Source: Ardenticatenales bacterium (GTDB lineage: Bacteria; Chloroflexota; Anaerolineae; Epilineales; Epilineaceae). From it: 64,000 bases of DNA. The position numbers were made by a program, and so were the translations under genes. Shown here in pieces: positions 62,831 to 64,000 of this stretch (position 1 is its first letter; every line of letters starts with the position of its first letter). The stretch is taken from NCBI GenBank assembly GCA_020853525.1, contig JADYYS010000039.1, positions 76,587-140,586 of the forward strand. The letters run 5' to 3'. The notes below the pieces were generated by a model, which was not told where the DNA came from, searched no databases, and saw only the letters and a program-made list of their open reading frames with translations.

Positions 62831-64000
62831 GTGGCCAGGCAGGGACGCCGGATCGTGGCGGCACTTGCCGTCTCACTGAGCCTGCTCACCGCGTTCTCGG
62901 CCACTCCGGCCGTGGCTCGGCCAACGTCCGCGACCAGGCCTGCTGCCCTGCTCGGCGGTGCGATCGTCGATGCGCGGACGGTCGGCGGCCGGGTGTATGT
63001 CGCCTATGGCAACCGAGCGGCCGTGTACACCGAGGACCTGACGGAACTCGTGGCCGAGGTCACGCTCAGTGACTACCCAACCGCACTCGCCGTCGACGGC
63101 GTGACGATGGCGGTTCTACTCGCGAACGGCGAGATCGAGCTCGTCGATCTGCGGGACTTCGCCACGGCGCTGTTGCCGGCGGCGCTGAGGGCTGCGATTG
63201 GGGACGTGACGAGAATCGCCCTCGCGGACGGCGTGCTGGCCAGCTCGACGGCGGCGGGGGCGGTCGCACTGCTGGACGTGAGGGACGTTCGAGCGACAGA
63301 GCTCATGGGCGCGCTGCCATTGGATGCCGTGCTCCCCGGCGAGTGGTGGGCCATGGACATGACGGCGCACCACGGTGCGTTCTACGTCTTACTGGACGCC
63401 AGCGACTTTACCGACGACCGGGGGTCCGTTGTCGCCATCCGACGCGACGCCGATAGCGATTGGGGCGGATCACGGCTTGCCGATTTCACGGGCCAGCAGG
63501 CGCGCCAGATAGAGGTCAACGATACGGCCCTCGTCGTCCTGACGGCGAACGCGATCTTGCTGTTTGACCCGCTGTTGCCCACAACCGTGCCCACCACGCT
63601 CGCACTCAACTCTGGGAGTTGGCCGCCCTCCATCGCATTGACGGACGCACGACTCTTTGCGCTCGAGTGGGATGAGTCTTCGTTCGATCTGAGCGGTATG
63701 TCGCTGGCCACCTATGACATCGCAGGCCGCGACGGCACGCCGGAGCGGACCGCGGTGGCGCTTGCGCCGGACGAGCGGCGCAACTTGCGGTTGCGCGCCT
63801 CCCCGTCGCATGTCTTCACGTTTGGACGGGACGAACTCATCGCGTATGACACCCGCTCAGGCCCGTTGCCGATCGATACGGCTCGACACATCGTCACAGT
63901 TGCAGCGAGTTCGGCCGTACCGTTGGCCGACGACCGATTCCTGGCCGCACGAGAACGTGGCGGGGTCTGCGCGATCGATCGAACATCTGGCCGAAGCGTT
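62831..64000 (+). CDS. secreted repeat (beta-propeller-like, LVIVD-like) protein, 3-prime partial (runs off window)
   Basis: An ORF that is absent from the supplied track because it never hits a stop within the window. GTG at about 62831 is preceded by AAGGAG. The signal peptide is VARQGRRIVAALAVSLSLLTAFSATPAVA. Repeated motifs include ALVVLTANAILLFD, GEIELVDLRD and AVALLDVRD. Confidence 0.5.
   Translation, partial: MARQGRRIVAALAVSLSLLTAFSATPAVARPTSATRPAALLGGAIVDARTVGGRVYVAYGNRAAVYTEDLTELVAEVTLSDYPTALAVDGVTMAVLLANGEIELVDLRDFATALLPAALRAAIGDVTRIALADGVLASSTAAGAVALLDVRDVRATELMGALPLDAVLPGEWWAMDMTAHHGAFYVLLDASDFTDDRGSVVAIRRDADSDWGGSRLADFTGQQARQIEVNDTALVVLTANAILLFDPLLPTTVPTTLALNSGSWPPSIALTDARLFALEWDESSFDLSGMSLATYDIAGRDGTPERTAVALAPDERRNLRLRASPSHVFTFGRDELIAYDTRSGPLPIDTARHIVTVAASSAVPLADDRFLAARERGGVCAIDRTSGRSV

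Noticed and set aside
1-64000. Mobile elements (IS, integrase, phage)
   Set aside because: No transposase, integrase or recombinase-like ORF was found, and there are no terminal inverted repeats flanking a block. GC content is uniform except short intergenic spacers. The korA/korB inverted repeat is retained only as a repeat-element hypothesis.

Overview
This is a 64-kb, high-GC (about 70%) stretch of bacterial chromosome. Gene content suggests a monoderm high-GC organism such as Chloroflexota or Actinomycetota, but that is inference only. I call about 51 protein-coding genes and found no rRNA, tRNA, CRISPR array, transposase or integrase. Most of the long Arg/Pro-rich ORFs in the six-frame track are shadow ORFs or false N-terminal extensions. 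Gene coordinates come from ORF-table frame arithmetic; short motifs I located by hand may be off by 1-3 nt.

The left part (0.2-13.3 kb) is housekeeping: dgt, uppP, a sugar-phosphate isomerase, acs, and a conserved nusA-ylxR-infB-rbfA-nrnA-truB-ribF operon with a candidate leader attenuator. The era and rsgA genes follow.

From about 13.4 to 42 kb the window becomes an island of exported proteins carrying Pro/Thr/Ala-rich linkers. These include a LecA-like lectin with an LPSTG sortase signal, three paralogous jelly-roll (MAM/CBM4_9-like) domain proteins, a GH5-like hydrolase and a membrane MA-type metallopeptidase. The island also holds a Kelch propeller protein, a CAP-domain protein, a PQQ sugar dehydrogenase lipoprotein, a diheme cytochrome c and an NHL propeller protein.

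The most interesting region is at the window centre (26.0-34.0 kb). It is a co-directional, translationally coupled cluster on the minus strand. In order it encodes a secreted Kelch protein, two paralogous B12-binding radical SAM enzymes, and two paralogous class I SAM methyltransferases, one of which has an N-terminal zinc ribbon. It ends with a membrane LuxR-HTH/Kelch one-component regulator. No precursor-peptide gene is visible. This looks like an undescribed radical-SAM/methyltransferase modification system.

Four exported proteins in the island end with a shared extreme C-terminal tag, roughly R-[IV]-[YFW]-L-P-x-[VSGA], placed after a Pro/Thr linker. This may be an undescribed sorting or processing signal.

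The right part (42-64 kb) carries dsbB, korAB (with an unusual AT-richer inverted-repeat spacer), a degenerate FAD oxidoreductase, an orphan substrate-binding protein (SBP) coupled to sppA, and a DinB-like gene. It also has a folE-ptr-folB-folK-GNAT operon, a roughly 1200-aa secreted tyrosinase-like copper protein, and genes for HAD, DUF1800, bcp and VOC. A partial secreted repeat protein runs off the window end.
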